Positions 47,920-56,155 of a DNA stretch of 56,155 nucleotides are shown here, piece by piece; the first letter of the stretch is position 1, and every line of letters begins with the position of its first letter. Source of the DNA: a virus (lineage: Duplodnaviria; Caudoviricetes); the IMG/VR virus record IMGVR_UViG_3300032287_004275, positions 1 to 56,155 of that record; one strand, 5' to 3'. The position numbers were made by a program, and so were the translations under genes. The notes under the pieces were generated by a model. The model was not told the origin of the DNA. It made no database searches and was given only the letters and a program-made list of their open reading frames with translations.

Positions 47920-49158
47920 ATGGCAAAAAACAGAGAAATGCTTAAAGAAGCAATCGCTGAAGCTAAAGCTGTAAAAGAAATGGCAATAGCAAACGCAAAA
48001 GCAGCTCTAGAAGAAACCTTTACACCTCAACTTAAGTCTATGTTATCTCTAAAACTTCAAGAAATAGAACTCGATGAAGAGGAAAATGAAAAAGAAGGAT
48101 TTGGAGATTTCGACACTAAAGACAATGCTGGATTTGGTACAATGGATGCAAAAGCTTTAGATGAAAAAGAAGACAAAATGATGGAAGTTGATTTGGAAGA
48201 GCTTTTAGCAGAGCTAGAAAAAGAAGAAGTAGAAGAAGGAGAAGGTGAAAACCTTTACGAAGCTGAGGAAGGTGAAGAAGACGAAGTTGAAGCAACTGAA
48301 GATATAGATCTTTCAGATGATGAATTAAAGGAAATGATTGAAGACGTACTCGCACAAATGATTAAAGATGGTGAGATAGAAGCAGGACCTAATTTTGAAT
48401 CAGAAGAAGGTGAAGAATCTGAAGAAGGTGAATCTGAAGAATCTGAAGAATCCGAAGAAGAAGTAGATTTAGCAGAACTTTTAAGAGAAATCGAAGAAAT
48501 GGAAGAAATGAAAGAACCAGTAGACGAGCTTTTTGGAATGAAACCTAGATCAGTTAAAGAATTTGAAGCTGATTACCCAGGTTTATTAGATAAAGCTAAA
48601 GCTGCTGGAGATGAAAAAGAAAAAATTTCAATTCTTGCTGATGCAATGAAAAAATTCAGAGATGAATATGTCAAAGACACTAGCGTAGGTGTAGCTAATG
48701 CTGCTATAGCAAAAATATGGGAGTTCATAGGCGTTAACCCAGCTACTGTCCCAGGATTTGGTTCAGAAGGAAGAGGTGGTGCTTCAATGGCTGAAGCTGA
48801 AGAAATGAAAGCTGAACTTGAAGAAGCTCTTTCTACAATTGAAACTTTAAAAGCTGAACTTAACGAGATCAACATTTTGAACGCTAAACTTCTTTATTCA
48901 AACAAAATCTTCAAAGCTAAAAATTTGAACGAAAACCAAAAAGTAAAGGTATTAAGTTCGTTTGACAAAGCTACAAACGTAGGTGAAGTAAAAATGGTAT
49001 ATGAAACTTTAAACGAGGGAATTAAAGTTAAAAAAGAAACCATTAAAGAAAACCTAGGTAGAGCTTCTAAAGCAACTAATACCCCAACTACAAAACAACC
49101 AATCGTAGAGTCAAACGATGTATTTGCAAGAATGCAAAAATTGGCTGGATTAATTTAA
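47920..49158 (+). CDS. scaffold/prohead core protein (gp22-like)
   Basis: Very acidic coiled coil directly upstream of MCP; ends RMQKLAGLI. Confidence 0.8.
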   Translation: MAKNREMLKEAIAEAKAVKEMAIANAKAALEETFTPQLKSMLSLKLQEIELDEEENEKEGFGDFDTKDNAGFGTMDAKALDEKEDKMMEVDLEELLAELEKEEVEEGEGENLYEAEEGEEDEVEATEDIDLSDDELKEMIEDVLAQMIKDGEIEAGPNFESEEGEESEEGESEESEESEEEVDLAELLREIEEMEEMKEPVDELFGMKPRSVKEFEADYPGLLDKAKAAGDEKEKISILADAMKKFRDEYVKDTSVGVANAAIAKIWEFIGVNPATVPGFGSEGRGGASMAEAEEMKAELEEALSTIETLKAELNEINILNAKLLYSNKIFKAKNLNENQKVKVLSSFDKATNVGEVKMVYETLNEGIKVKKETIKENLGRASKATNTPTTKQPIVESNDVFARMQKLAGLI

Positions 49159-49195
49159 TTAACTAATTTAAAAACTTAAAAAAAACAAAAACAAA

Positions 49196-50890
49196 ATGTC
49201 AAGTATTAATTCTCTTTTAGAAAGCTCAGCCAACGGGTGGAGAAACATGCAGAGCGATGCTGCTCGTATGGCTAGCAAATGGACCAAAACAGGTCTATTA
49301 GAAGGATTAGGAAGCGAAGTTGAAAAAAACAACATGGCTTTGATCCTTGAAAACCAAGCAAAACAACTTGTTGTTGAACAATCTTCAACTAACGTAGGTG
49401 GTGGTACTTTTACAGTAGGACAAGGTGAACAATGGGCTGGTGTAGCTCTTCCATTGGTACGTAAAGTATTTGGTTCTTTATCAACTAAAGAATTCATGTC
49501 TGTACAACCAATGAACCTACCTTCAGGTCTTGTATTCTTCTTGGATTTCCAATATGGTGATGCAAATGGTAAAATTGCCCCAGGTGGACAAATGGGTCCT
49601 GGCGGTGATGCTTACGGTGCTACTTCATCTATGTATGGTAACACTAACCCAGGAAGATCAACAGATGCATCTCAAGGTTTATATGGTGCTGGTAGATTTG
49701 CTTACACAATCAACCAATTCTCAGCTTCAGTTGGTACTACAGTAGCAACATCATCTTGGGCAGATCTTCAGTATGCTTCTGAACTTTCTTCATCTTTTGC
49801 TAGCTATTCTACAGTAACAGTTAACTTGAATTCAGCAGGTCTTGTTCGCCCAGACTTGAAAGGTATTCGTGCATTCTTCTTGAACTCAGGTTCATCAGCT
49901 ACAGCAAATGCTCAATCATCAGCTCGTTTATTACCTCAATACACTAATACTGATGGAACAACTTTTATTAAATTTGTTTACTCAGGTTCAGTATCAAGTG
50001 CTGGTATTCCTATCACTGCAACTTCATCTTCTATCTTCTATAACATGCAACCTGCTGATAATTACAGAGGTGATTTTGAAGATAACAGTGGAGCTGGTTT
50101 CCCAAATGCTGATTCTACATCTGCTGATGCATTAGCTATTCCACAGATTAACATCAACATGAAATCTGAAGCTATTGTTGCTAAAACAAGAAAATTGAAA
50201 GCACAATGGACACCAGAATTCGCGCAAGATTTGAACGCATATCAATCATTGGATGCTGAAGCTGAATTAACTTCAATTATGTCTGAGTATATCGCTCTTG
50301 AGATCGATTTAGAAAACTTAGATATGTTGATCCAAGATGCTTCTGCATGGGATGAATATTGGAATGTTCAAAACAACCAACAGTTAAATGCTGCTAGAAC
50401 AGGATATGATAACCTAGGTTTCTACAACACACAAGGTCAATGGTTCCAAACTTTAGGAACTAAAATGCAAAAAGTTTCTAACAAAATTCACCAAAAGACT
50501 CTTAGAGGTGGTGCAAACTTTATTGTATGTTCTCCTACAGTTGCTACAATTCTTGAATCAATCCCAGGATTTGCTTCAACATCTGATGGTGATGTATCTA
50601 AAGCATCTTATGCATTTGGTATTCAAAAATCAGGTAACTTGAACAACCGTTATACAGTTTACAAAAACCCTTACATGACTGAAAACGTAATGTTGATGGG
50701 TTATAGAGGATCTCAATTCCTTGAAACAGGTGCTGTATTTGCTCCATATGTTCCATTAATCATGACTCCACTAGTGTACGATCCAAATACCTTTACACCA
50801 AGAAAAGGTTTATTGACTCGTTACGCTAAGAAAATGATTCGTCCTGAATTCTTTGGTCGTATTTTCGTATCTAACTTGAATGCTCTTTAA
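49196..50890 (+). CDS. gp23: major capsid protein (T4 gp23-like)
   Basis: ILENQ, VQPMNLPSGLVF, KTRKLKAQWTPEFAQDL, APYVPL, TRYA. Confidence 0.97.
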   Translation: MSSINSLLESSANGWRNMQSDAARMASKWTKTGLLEGLGSEVEKNNMALILENQAKQLVVEQSSTNVGGGTFTVGQGEQWAGVALPLVRKVFGSLSTKEFMSVQPMNLPSGLVFFLDFQYGDANGKIAPGGQMGPGGDAYGATSSMYGNTNPGRSTDASQGLYGAGRFAYTINQFSASVGTTVATSSWADLQYASELSSSFASYSTVTVNLNSAGLVRPDLKGIRAFFLNSGSSATANAQSSARLLPQYTNTDGTTFIKFVYSGSVSSAGIPITATSSSIFYNMQPADNYRGDFEDNSGAGFPNADSTSADALAIPQININMKSEAIVAKTRKLKAQWTPEFAQDLNAYQSLDAEAELTSIMSEYIALEIDLENLDMLIQDASAWDEYWNVQNNQQLNAARTGYDNLGFYNTQGQWFQTLGTKMQKVSNKIHQKTLRGGANFIVCSPTVATILESIPGFASTSDGDVSKASYAFGIQKSGNLNNRYTVYKNPYMTENVMLMGYRGSQFLETGAVFAPYVPLIMTPLVYDPNTFTPRKGLLTRYAKKMIRPEFFGRIFVSNLNAL

Positions 50891-50915
50891 GATTAGATAA
50901 AAAACCAAAATAAAG

Positions 50916-50947
50916 AGCCTCGCTAACAAAGCGGGGCTTTTTTATTT
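50916..50947 (+). terminator. intrinsic terminator after MCP
   Basis: AGCCTCGCT-AACAA-AGCGGGGCT followed by T tract. Confidence 0.85.
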
Positions 50948-50986
50948 TCCATTAGTATGTTAATATTTATTATCAAATATAGTTAT

Positions 50987-51685
50987 ATGAATGATTTTAA
51001 TCGAACACCACAAGCACAAGAGGTTTTTAAAGAAAAAAGAAAACCAAAAGGTCCAATTAAATTTAATGTCCAATTAAATGAGGAACAAAAACGTGCAAAA
51101 GAACAAATTCTAGAAAACACAGTAACCATATTACGTGGTAAAGCAGGATCTGGTAAATCATTATTAGCAGCTAATGTTGCTTTAGATATGTTATTTAAAA
51201 AAGATATCGAAAAGATAATCATTACTAGACCTACAGTAGTAGCAGGACAAGACATTGGATTTCTCCCAGGAGACGTAAATGAAAAATTAGCCCCCTTTAC
51301 TGCCCCAGTATATGAGAACATGCATCGTTTATACAATAAAGAAAAAATTGAAAAATGTATTCAAGATGGTGAAATTGAAATTGTACCTGTATCATTTATG
51401 CGAGGTAGAAATTTTACTAATTGTTTAGTTGTAGTAGATGAAGCACAAAATTTAACAGATAACCAAACTGAATTACTTTTAACTCGTATATGTGAGGGGA
51501 GTAAAATGATATTTTGTGGGGATGGTGCTCAAGTAGATTTACGTGATAAAAAAACATCTGGTTTTGATGTTGTGTGTAAACACATGAAAGAAGTAAATGG
51601 GTTTGGTGTAATAACATTAGAAAAAAATCATAGACATCCAATAGTGGATGAAATTCTAGAAGTGTATAAATCTTTCAGAGGCTAA
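50987..51685 (+). CDS. phoH: PhoH-like ATPase
   Basis: GKAGSGKS, IGFLPG, FMRGRNF, DEAQN, GDGAQVD, RHPIV. Confidence 0.93.
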   Translation: MNDFNRTPQAQEVFKEKRKPKGPIKFNVQLNEEQKRAKEQILENTVTILRGKAGSGKSLLAANVALDMLFKKDIEKIIITRPTVVAGQDIGFLPGDVNEKLAPFTAPVYENMHRLYNKEKIEKCIQDGEIEIVPVSFMRGRNFTNCLVVVDEAQNLTDNQTELLLTRICEGSKMIFCGDGAQVDLRDKKTSGFDVVCKHMKEVNGFGVITLEKNHRHPIVDEILEVYKSFRG

Positions 51686-51706
51686 CCATATTTATAAACA
51701 AAATAA

Positions 51707-52195
51707 ATGGCTAACCTATACGTAACCATTACGGAAGAAATTACTCTACCTAACACTACTAAAGAAAAAACTAATATCTTTAAAACTATTACTGATATTA
51801 ATCAAATAGTACGTCGAGTAGATACAATTTCAACTACATTTAGTGGGTCTGGAATTGAGATTCTTCGTTTCTGCAATAGTGAAGAAGAACAAACAGGAGG
51901 AGCATTTGTAAAAGCTGATGTAAAATATGTTAGAATTACAAATTTATCATCAACTAATAACACTCTTATATATTTCATAGCTAATGACAATACTGAAAGT
52001 GCATTGATGGATTTAAATCCTGGAAAAACTATCATGTTAAGCAATGCAGATATAAATACCCCCTCAGCTAATGATTATGTTGTTGATGGGTATGTAGACC
52101 AAACATATTATAGTGATTTTACTTATGTAAATTCAATCAAAGCTAAAGCAGTTTCAGGCAGTACTCAGTTAGAGTATTTTGTAGCATCAACCTAA
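51707..52195 (+). CDS. virion structural protein
   Basis: Late motif, beta-rich, DVKYVRITNL. Confidence 0.6.
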   Translation: MANLYVTITEEITLPNTTKEKTNIFKTITDINQIVRRVDTISTTFSGSGIEILRFCNSEEEQTGGAFVKADVKYVRITNLSSTNNTLIYFIANDNTESALMDLNPGKTIMLSNADINTPSANDYVVDGYVDQTYYSDFTYVNSIKAKAVSGSTQLEYFVAST

Positions 52196-52216
52196 TATTT
52201 ATAAATAAAAAAAAAA

Positions 52217-52546
52217 ATGGCAAATTTAACTTATAGAGCAGTAAAAGGTACCCCACTTACTATTGGAGAATTAGACGGTAACTTTGAATATTTTACTGGT
52301 TCACACGCAATAACAGGTTCATTAACTATATCTGGTTCTTTAATAGTAACAGGATCCATTACTGGCTCAGTTTTTGGAACATCTTCCTTTGCACAAACAG
52401 CAGTTACAGCATCTTATGTTTCAAGTCTTCTAACTATTGCCCCATCTAACCCACTCCCATCTTCAATAAATGGTGCTATTGCATTTTCATCAAGTGGTGA
52501 TTTTTATTTTGGAAGTGGAAGTGCTTGGAGAAAATTAACTTTATAA
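52217..52546 (+). CDS. short fibre/decoration protein
   Basis: RAVKGTPLT..ELDGNF fibre N-terminus, TGS repeats. Confidence 0.6.
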   Translation: MANLTYRAVKGTPLTIGELDGNFEYFTGSHAITGSLTISGSLIVTGSITGSVFGTSSFAQTAVTASYVSSLLTIAPSNPLPSSINGAIAFSSSGDFYFGSGSAWRKLTL

Positions 52547-52568
52547 TATTATAATTTGTTTTTAAAAT

Positions 52569-52595
52569 GGGTCTCTAAATGAGACCCTTTTTTTT
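52569..52595 (+). terminator. intrinsic terminator
   Basis: GGGTCTC-TAAAT-GAGACCC followed by T8. Confidence 0.85.
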
Positions 52596-52619
52596 CATAT
52601 TTATAATAAACTAGAAACC

Positions 52620-53765
52620 ATGAATATTCCAATATGGCCCGGCTCAAGTTCATTCCAACCAGGCGATACACCTTTTGGATTTTACGACAACGATGTCCAA
52701 TTTCAACAGGATGCTGACAAATTTGCTAAATTTGCTTCGCAACGTTTAGGTTATCCTTTAACAGAAATTGAACTTCAAGATATAAACTTTTATACAGCTA
52801 TAGAAGAAGCGGTAACTACCTATGGAAATGAATTATATGCTTATCAAGTAGCAGACAATTTATTATCTTTTCAAGGTAATCCTACCACAATAGAACCAGG
52901 TAACAATGAATTAGTTCAAGAAAATTTAAGTAACGTTGTTTTACTTTCAAACCAATATGGAACTGAAGCTGGAGTTGGAGGTACTGTACCTTACCACACA
53001 GGTTCACTTCCTTTAGAACATGGTGTTCAAAATTACGATATGAACGCTTGGGCTATATCGCAAGGTATTCAAGGTCGTATTGAAATTAGACGTATATTTT
53101 ATGAAGCATCCCCAGCAATTACAAGATATTTTGATCCATATGCTGGAACTGGTGTAGGTATGATGCAGATGTTAGATTCATTTGGATGGGGTTCATATTC
53201 CCCTGCAATTAACTTTATGTTAATGCCTATAAATTACGATTTACAGAAAATCCAAGCAATTGAATTTAATGATCAAATAAGAAAATCACAATACACATTC
53301 GAACTAGTAAATAATCAATTAAGATTGTTTCCAATTCCAACTGGTTTAAAACATATGCGTTTTGAATATATGATATTGGATGAAAAAAATAATCCTTACG
53401 TTGATAGAAACGGTAGAGATATTATAACTAACGCTTCTAATGTACCTTATGAGAACCCAACTTATACACGTATTAACTCAATTGGTCGCTCGTGGATATT
53501 TGAGTATGCTTTAGCAATTGCAAAAGAAATGTTAGGATATGTTAGAGGAAAATACTCCCAAATCCCAATCCCAGGATCTGAAGTTACATTAAATCAATCA
53601 GACCTAATTTCAGCTGCAACAACAGAAAAACAAGCATTAATTGAGCGTTTAAGAACATATTTAGATTCAACTTCACGTAAAGCATTATTGGAGAAAAAAG
53701 CAGCAGAATCTGAATTTCAAAGACAAACAATAAATAACGTTCCAATGACAATTTTTATAGGATAA
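52620..53765 (+). CDS. neck protein (gp13-like adaptor)
   Basis: RLGYP..IEL; YALAIAKEMLGYVRGKY..IPG..VTLN. Confidence 0.8.
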   Translation: MNIPIWPGSSSFQPGDTPFGFYDNDVQFQQDADKFAKFASQRLGYPLTEIELQDINFYTAIEEAVTTYGNELYAYQVADNLLSFQGNPTTIEPGNNELVQENLSNVVLLSNQYGTEAGVGGTVPYHTGSLPLEHGVQNYDMNAWAISQGIQGRIEIRRIFYEASPAITRYFDPYAGTGVGMMQMLDSFGWGSYSPAINFMLMPINYDLQKIQAIEFNDQIRKSQYTFELVNNQLRLFPIPTGLKHMRFEYMILDEKNNPYVDRNGRDIITNASNVPYENPTYTRINSIGRSWIFEYALAIAKEMLGYVRGKYSQIPIPGSEVTLNQSDLISAATTEKQALIERLRTYLDSTSRKALLEKKAAESEFQRQTINNVPMTIFIG

Positions 53766-53766
53766 C

Positions 53767-54276
53767 ATGGCATTATTTGGCTCAGCACGTGATATTTCAT
53801 TATTTAGACACCTCAATAGAGAATTGTTATGGGATGTTATTACCCAACAGTGTGTATACTATCAACTCAAAACAGCTGATACTAAAGTGAATATATATGG
53901 TGAAGCATCAGGCGCTAAATACTATGCAGAACCTGTTATTTTAAACGTATTAATTGATAGAGGAGACAATACAGCCCCAGTTGATGATTTCGGTGTAAGT
54001 TATGAACGTCCTATGACATTTAAATTTTTACGTGATGATTTAGTTGATGCTCAAGTATTACCTGATGTAGGAGACATTATTATGTGGTATGAAGGATACT
54101 GGGAAATTGATAACACTACTAATAACCAGTTATTTGTAGGAAAAGACCCAGCTTATCCATACAATACAAACCCATTAAACCCAGGACTAGAAAATTTTGG
54201 TTCAAATATTTCAACTATTTGTATAGCTCATTATGTCCCTGCAGATAAAGTTCAAATAACAAAAGAAAGAATTTAA
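53767..54276 (+). CDS. head-closure/neck protein (gp14-like)
   Basis: NIYGE, PDVGDII; synteny. Confidence 0.7.
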   Translation: MALFGSARDISLFRHLNRELLWDVITQQCVYYQLKTADTKVNIYGEASGAKYYAEPVILNVLIDRGDNTAPVDDFGVSYERPMTFKFLRDDLVDAQVLPDVGDIIMWYEGYWEIDNTTNNQLFVGKDPAYPYNTNPLNPGLENFGSNISTICIAHYVPADKVQITKERI

Positions 54277-54279
54277 CAT

Positions 54280-55548
54280 ATGCCTAGAGTTAGAAAACCA
54301 AATCCAAAATCACAAAGTCAAATCTCAAATGAGCAGATTGAACCATATGTGTTTCCGGAAACTGGTGAATCTTATGGTAATCCAAACATACCATCTGATT
54401 TTGATCAATTTACAGCAAATGAGCAAAATGGAGTTGGATTAAATCGTTCTGAACAACTTTCATTTAAGGGAGACACATCAAAACCATTTACTGTTGGATT
54501 TGAAGATATTGATGAATCCATAATGTATTATTTTCAAAACATAATTAAACCATCAGTTATCCAAAACAATGTAAGAATTGCAGTACCTGTAATATATGGT
54601 TCACCTGAAAAATGGAAATCAACACATAAAGATGGATATTATAAAGATAAAAATGGTGCTATAATGGCACCGCTTATCATGTTTAAAAGAGATAGTATAG
54701 ACAAGAATCGTTCTCTAGGAAATAAAATGGATGCAAATACTCCAAATTTATATACATCTTGGAAAAAAGTATACAATACAAAAAATGCATATTCAAATTT
54801 TGACGTATTAAATAACCGTATACCCACAGAACAATTCCTAGTAAACGTTATCCCAGATTATGTTACAATAACATATTCTTGTGCCATACAAACATACTAT
54901 GTAACCCAACTAAACAAAATAGTTGAAGCAATTAATTATGCTTCAGACACATATTGGGGAGAAAAAGATCGTTTTAAATTTTATGCTACAATTAGTTCAT
55001 TTGACACCCCAATTGAAATCTCAGATAGTTCAAATAGAATAGCAAAATCAACATTTACCTTAACTATTAAAGGATATGTTATACCTGATAATATTCAAAA
55101 ACAATTAACAGCTATTAAAAAATATAATAGCAAAGCTCAAGTTATCATTGGGTTAGAAGTTGAGGGAGTTGGAGCAGGGTTTATTACCTCAAACAAAAGA
55201 AAATCCCCAACATCAATGCCTGGTCCTTCTGGTGGAGGAGGTACAGGTGGAGGTATTAACAATGATGTTCTATTGTATCTTAATACTAACATACAAAAAT
55301 TGGGTACCTATGTAAATACAACCACAGCTACATTTACCTCAGGTTGGGCAACGGCTCCACCAAATTTACCAGCAACATCAGCTTCTAATTTTACGTTCTT
55401 TATAAATGGTTCTTTAGTAGAAAACGCTGCTATAGTTTCATTTACCCAAAATGCAGGAGTTTCAACTCTAGTAATAGACTCATCTGAATTAGGTTATGGA
55501 TTAAGTCCATCAGATGAGATAATAGCAATTGGAAAATTCAGTAGTTAA
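54280..55548 (+). CDS. tail terminator/sheath stabiliser (gp15-like) with C-terminal extension
   Basis: VPVIYGSPEKW, PDYVTITY, QLNKIVEAI. Confidence 0.7.
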   Translation: MPRVRKPNPKSQSQISNEQIEPYVFPETGESYGNPNIPSDFDQFTANEQNGVGLNRSEQLSFKGDTSKPFTVGFEDIDESIMYYFQNIIKPSVIQNNVRIAVPVIYGSPEKWKSTHKDGYYKDKNGAIMAPLIMFKRDSIDKNRSLGNKMDANTPNLYTSWKKVYNTKNAYSNFDVLNNRIPTEQFLVNVIPDYVTITYSCAIQTYYVTQLNKIVEAINYASDTYWGEKDRFKFYATISSFDTPIEISDSSNRIAKSTFTLTIKGYVIPDNIQKQLTAIKKYNSKAQVIIGLEVEGVGAGFITSNKRKSPTSMPGPSGGGGTGGGINNDVLLYLNTNIQKLGTYVNTTTATFTSGWATAPPNLPATSASNFTFFINGSLVENAAIVSFTQNAGVSTLVIDSSELGYGLSPSDEIIAIGKFSS

Positions 55549-55566
55549 TTTAATATTTATAATAAA

Positions 55567-55713
55567 ATGGCAGCTAAAGCAAAAACATCAATAACTTCAG
55601 TATTTAAAAAAAGACCAAAAGTTAGACGTCCTGGAGTTCATGCTAAAAGTAAAACAAGCAAAAATAAAAAAAGCAAAAACTACGCTAAAACATATATAGC
55701 CCAAGGAAAATAA
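55567..55713 (+). CDS. small very basic peptide (48 aa)
   Basis: MAAKAKTSITSVFKKRPKVRRPGVHAKSKTSKNKKSKNYAKTYIAQGK; late motif at 55553. Confidence 0.7.
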   Translation: MAAKAKTSITSVFKKRPKVRRPGVHAKSKTSKNKKSKNYAKTYIAQGK

Positions 55714-55714
55714 G

Positions 55715-56155
55715 ATGGCATTAATCAAACCAGGACAATTACGATCAGGATCATACAGTATATCGGGTTCCTTTAGTGGCTCATTTTATGGAGATGGTAG
55801 TGGTCTATCAAATTTACCTGTTCCTATTGTTAATACAAGTTCACTTGTTACCACATCATCATTTAATGCTTTTACATCTAGTATTAATAGCTTTACAGCT
55901 TCATACAATACAGGTTCATTTACTGGAACATTTACTGGTTCTTTATTTGGGACTTCTTCATTTGCCACAACAGCATCTTACGTATCATCAAATTTCCAAT
56001 ATGAAATACACGTTAGTCAAATAGATGGAAACGATACTACAGGAAATGGAGATTTACTTAATCCTGTAGCAACTATAGGCAAAGCTCTATTATTAGTATC
56101 AGCATCAGTCGCATCAACTGATAGACGTACTATTATTGTACATCCTGGAACCTAT
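55715..56155 (+). CDS. tail fibre-like protein, 5' part (runs off window)
   Basis: MALIKPGQLRSGSYSISGSFSGSFYGDGSGLSNL..., open to window end. Confidence 0.75.
   Translation, partial: MALIKPGQLRSGSYSISGSFSGSFYGDGSGLSNLPVPIVNTSSLVTTSSFNAFTSSINSFTASYNTGSFTGTFTGSLFGTSSFATTASYVSSNFQYEIHVSQIDGNDTTGNGDLLNPVATIGKALLLVSASVASTDRRTIIVHPGTY

Noticed and set aside
48403-48461. gaagaatct-type tandem repeats (also PAET repeats at 31431-31487)
   Set aside because: Ordinary low-complexity coding linkers
40523-50890. Inteins or introns in TerL, portal or MCP
   Set aside because: Lengths are normal, frames are uninterrupted and no intein splice motifs were seen
524-55968. All minus-strand ORFs and the short alternate-frame plus ORFs in the track
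   Set aside because: They are shadows of longer plus-strand genes, of the tRNA-like RNA (524-778) or of Hc1 (29989-30183), and have no motifs or leaders
1-56155. Stop-codon reassignment
   Set aside because: Core genes are full length and densely packed under the standard code; TAG and TGA are used as true stops

Overview
This window is about 56 kb of an AT-rich, single-orientation (+ strand) genome of a large T4-like myophage. The host is most likely Bacteroidota: there are no Shine-Dalgarno sites, leaders are A-rich, early promoters resemble TAnnTTTG, a signal peptide follows the Gln+1 rule, and an Hc1 histone-like gene is present. Gene order: an early region of tiny genes each with its own promoter, a tRNA-like RNA and repeated hairpins (1-2.1 kb); accessory genes, HD hydrolase and gp55-like sigma (2-7.7 kb); baseplate module (7.7-23.3 kb); primase and exonuclease; a ~14 kb block of small enzymes and acidic proteins (25.5-39.8 kb); spanin-like pair, TerL, portal, core proteins, protease, scaffold, MCP, PhoH, neck and tail-completion genes, and the start of a fibre gene. 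The most interesting signal is an apparent capsid-cargo addressing system. Many block proteins start with amphipathic leaders ending in (L/I)-x-E prohead-protease-type sites. One reuses the scaffold C-terminal RMQxLAG(L/I)I motif at its N-terminus, and several are polyproteins with such sites at domain boundaries. Outer virion proteins instead carry a dense [ST]-[GAS]-S motif. Other highlights are a 128-nt tRNA-like RNA with its anticodon arm replaced, a palindrome- and iteron-rich non-coding locus at a skew switch, and a homing endonuclease next to a recoded gene end. All calls come from motif recognition by eye; no database searches were run.
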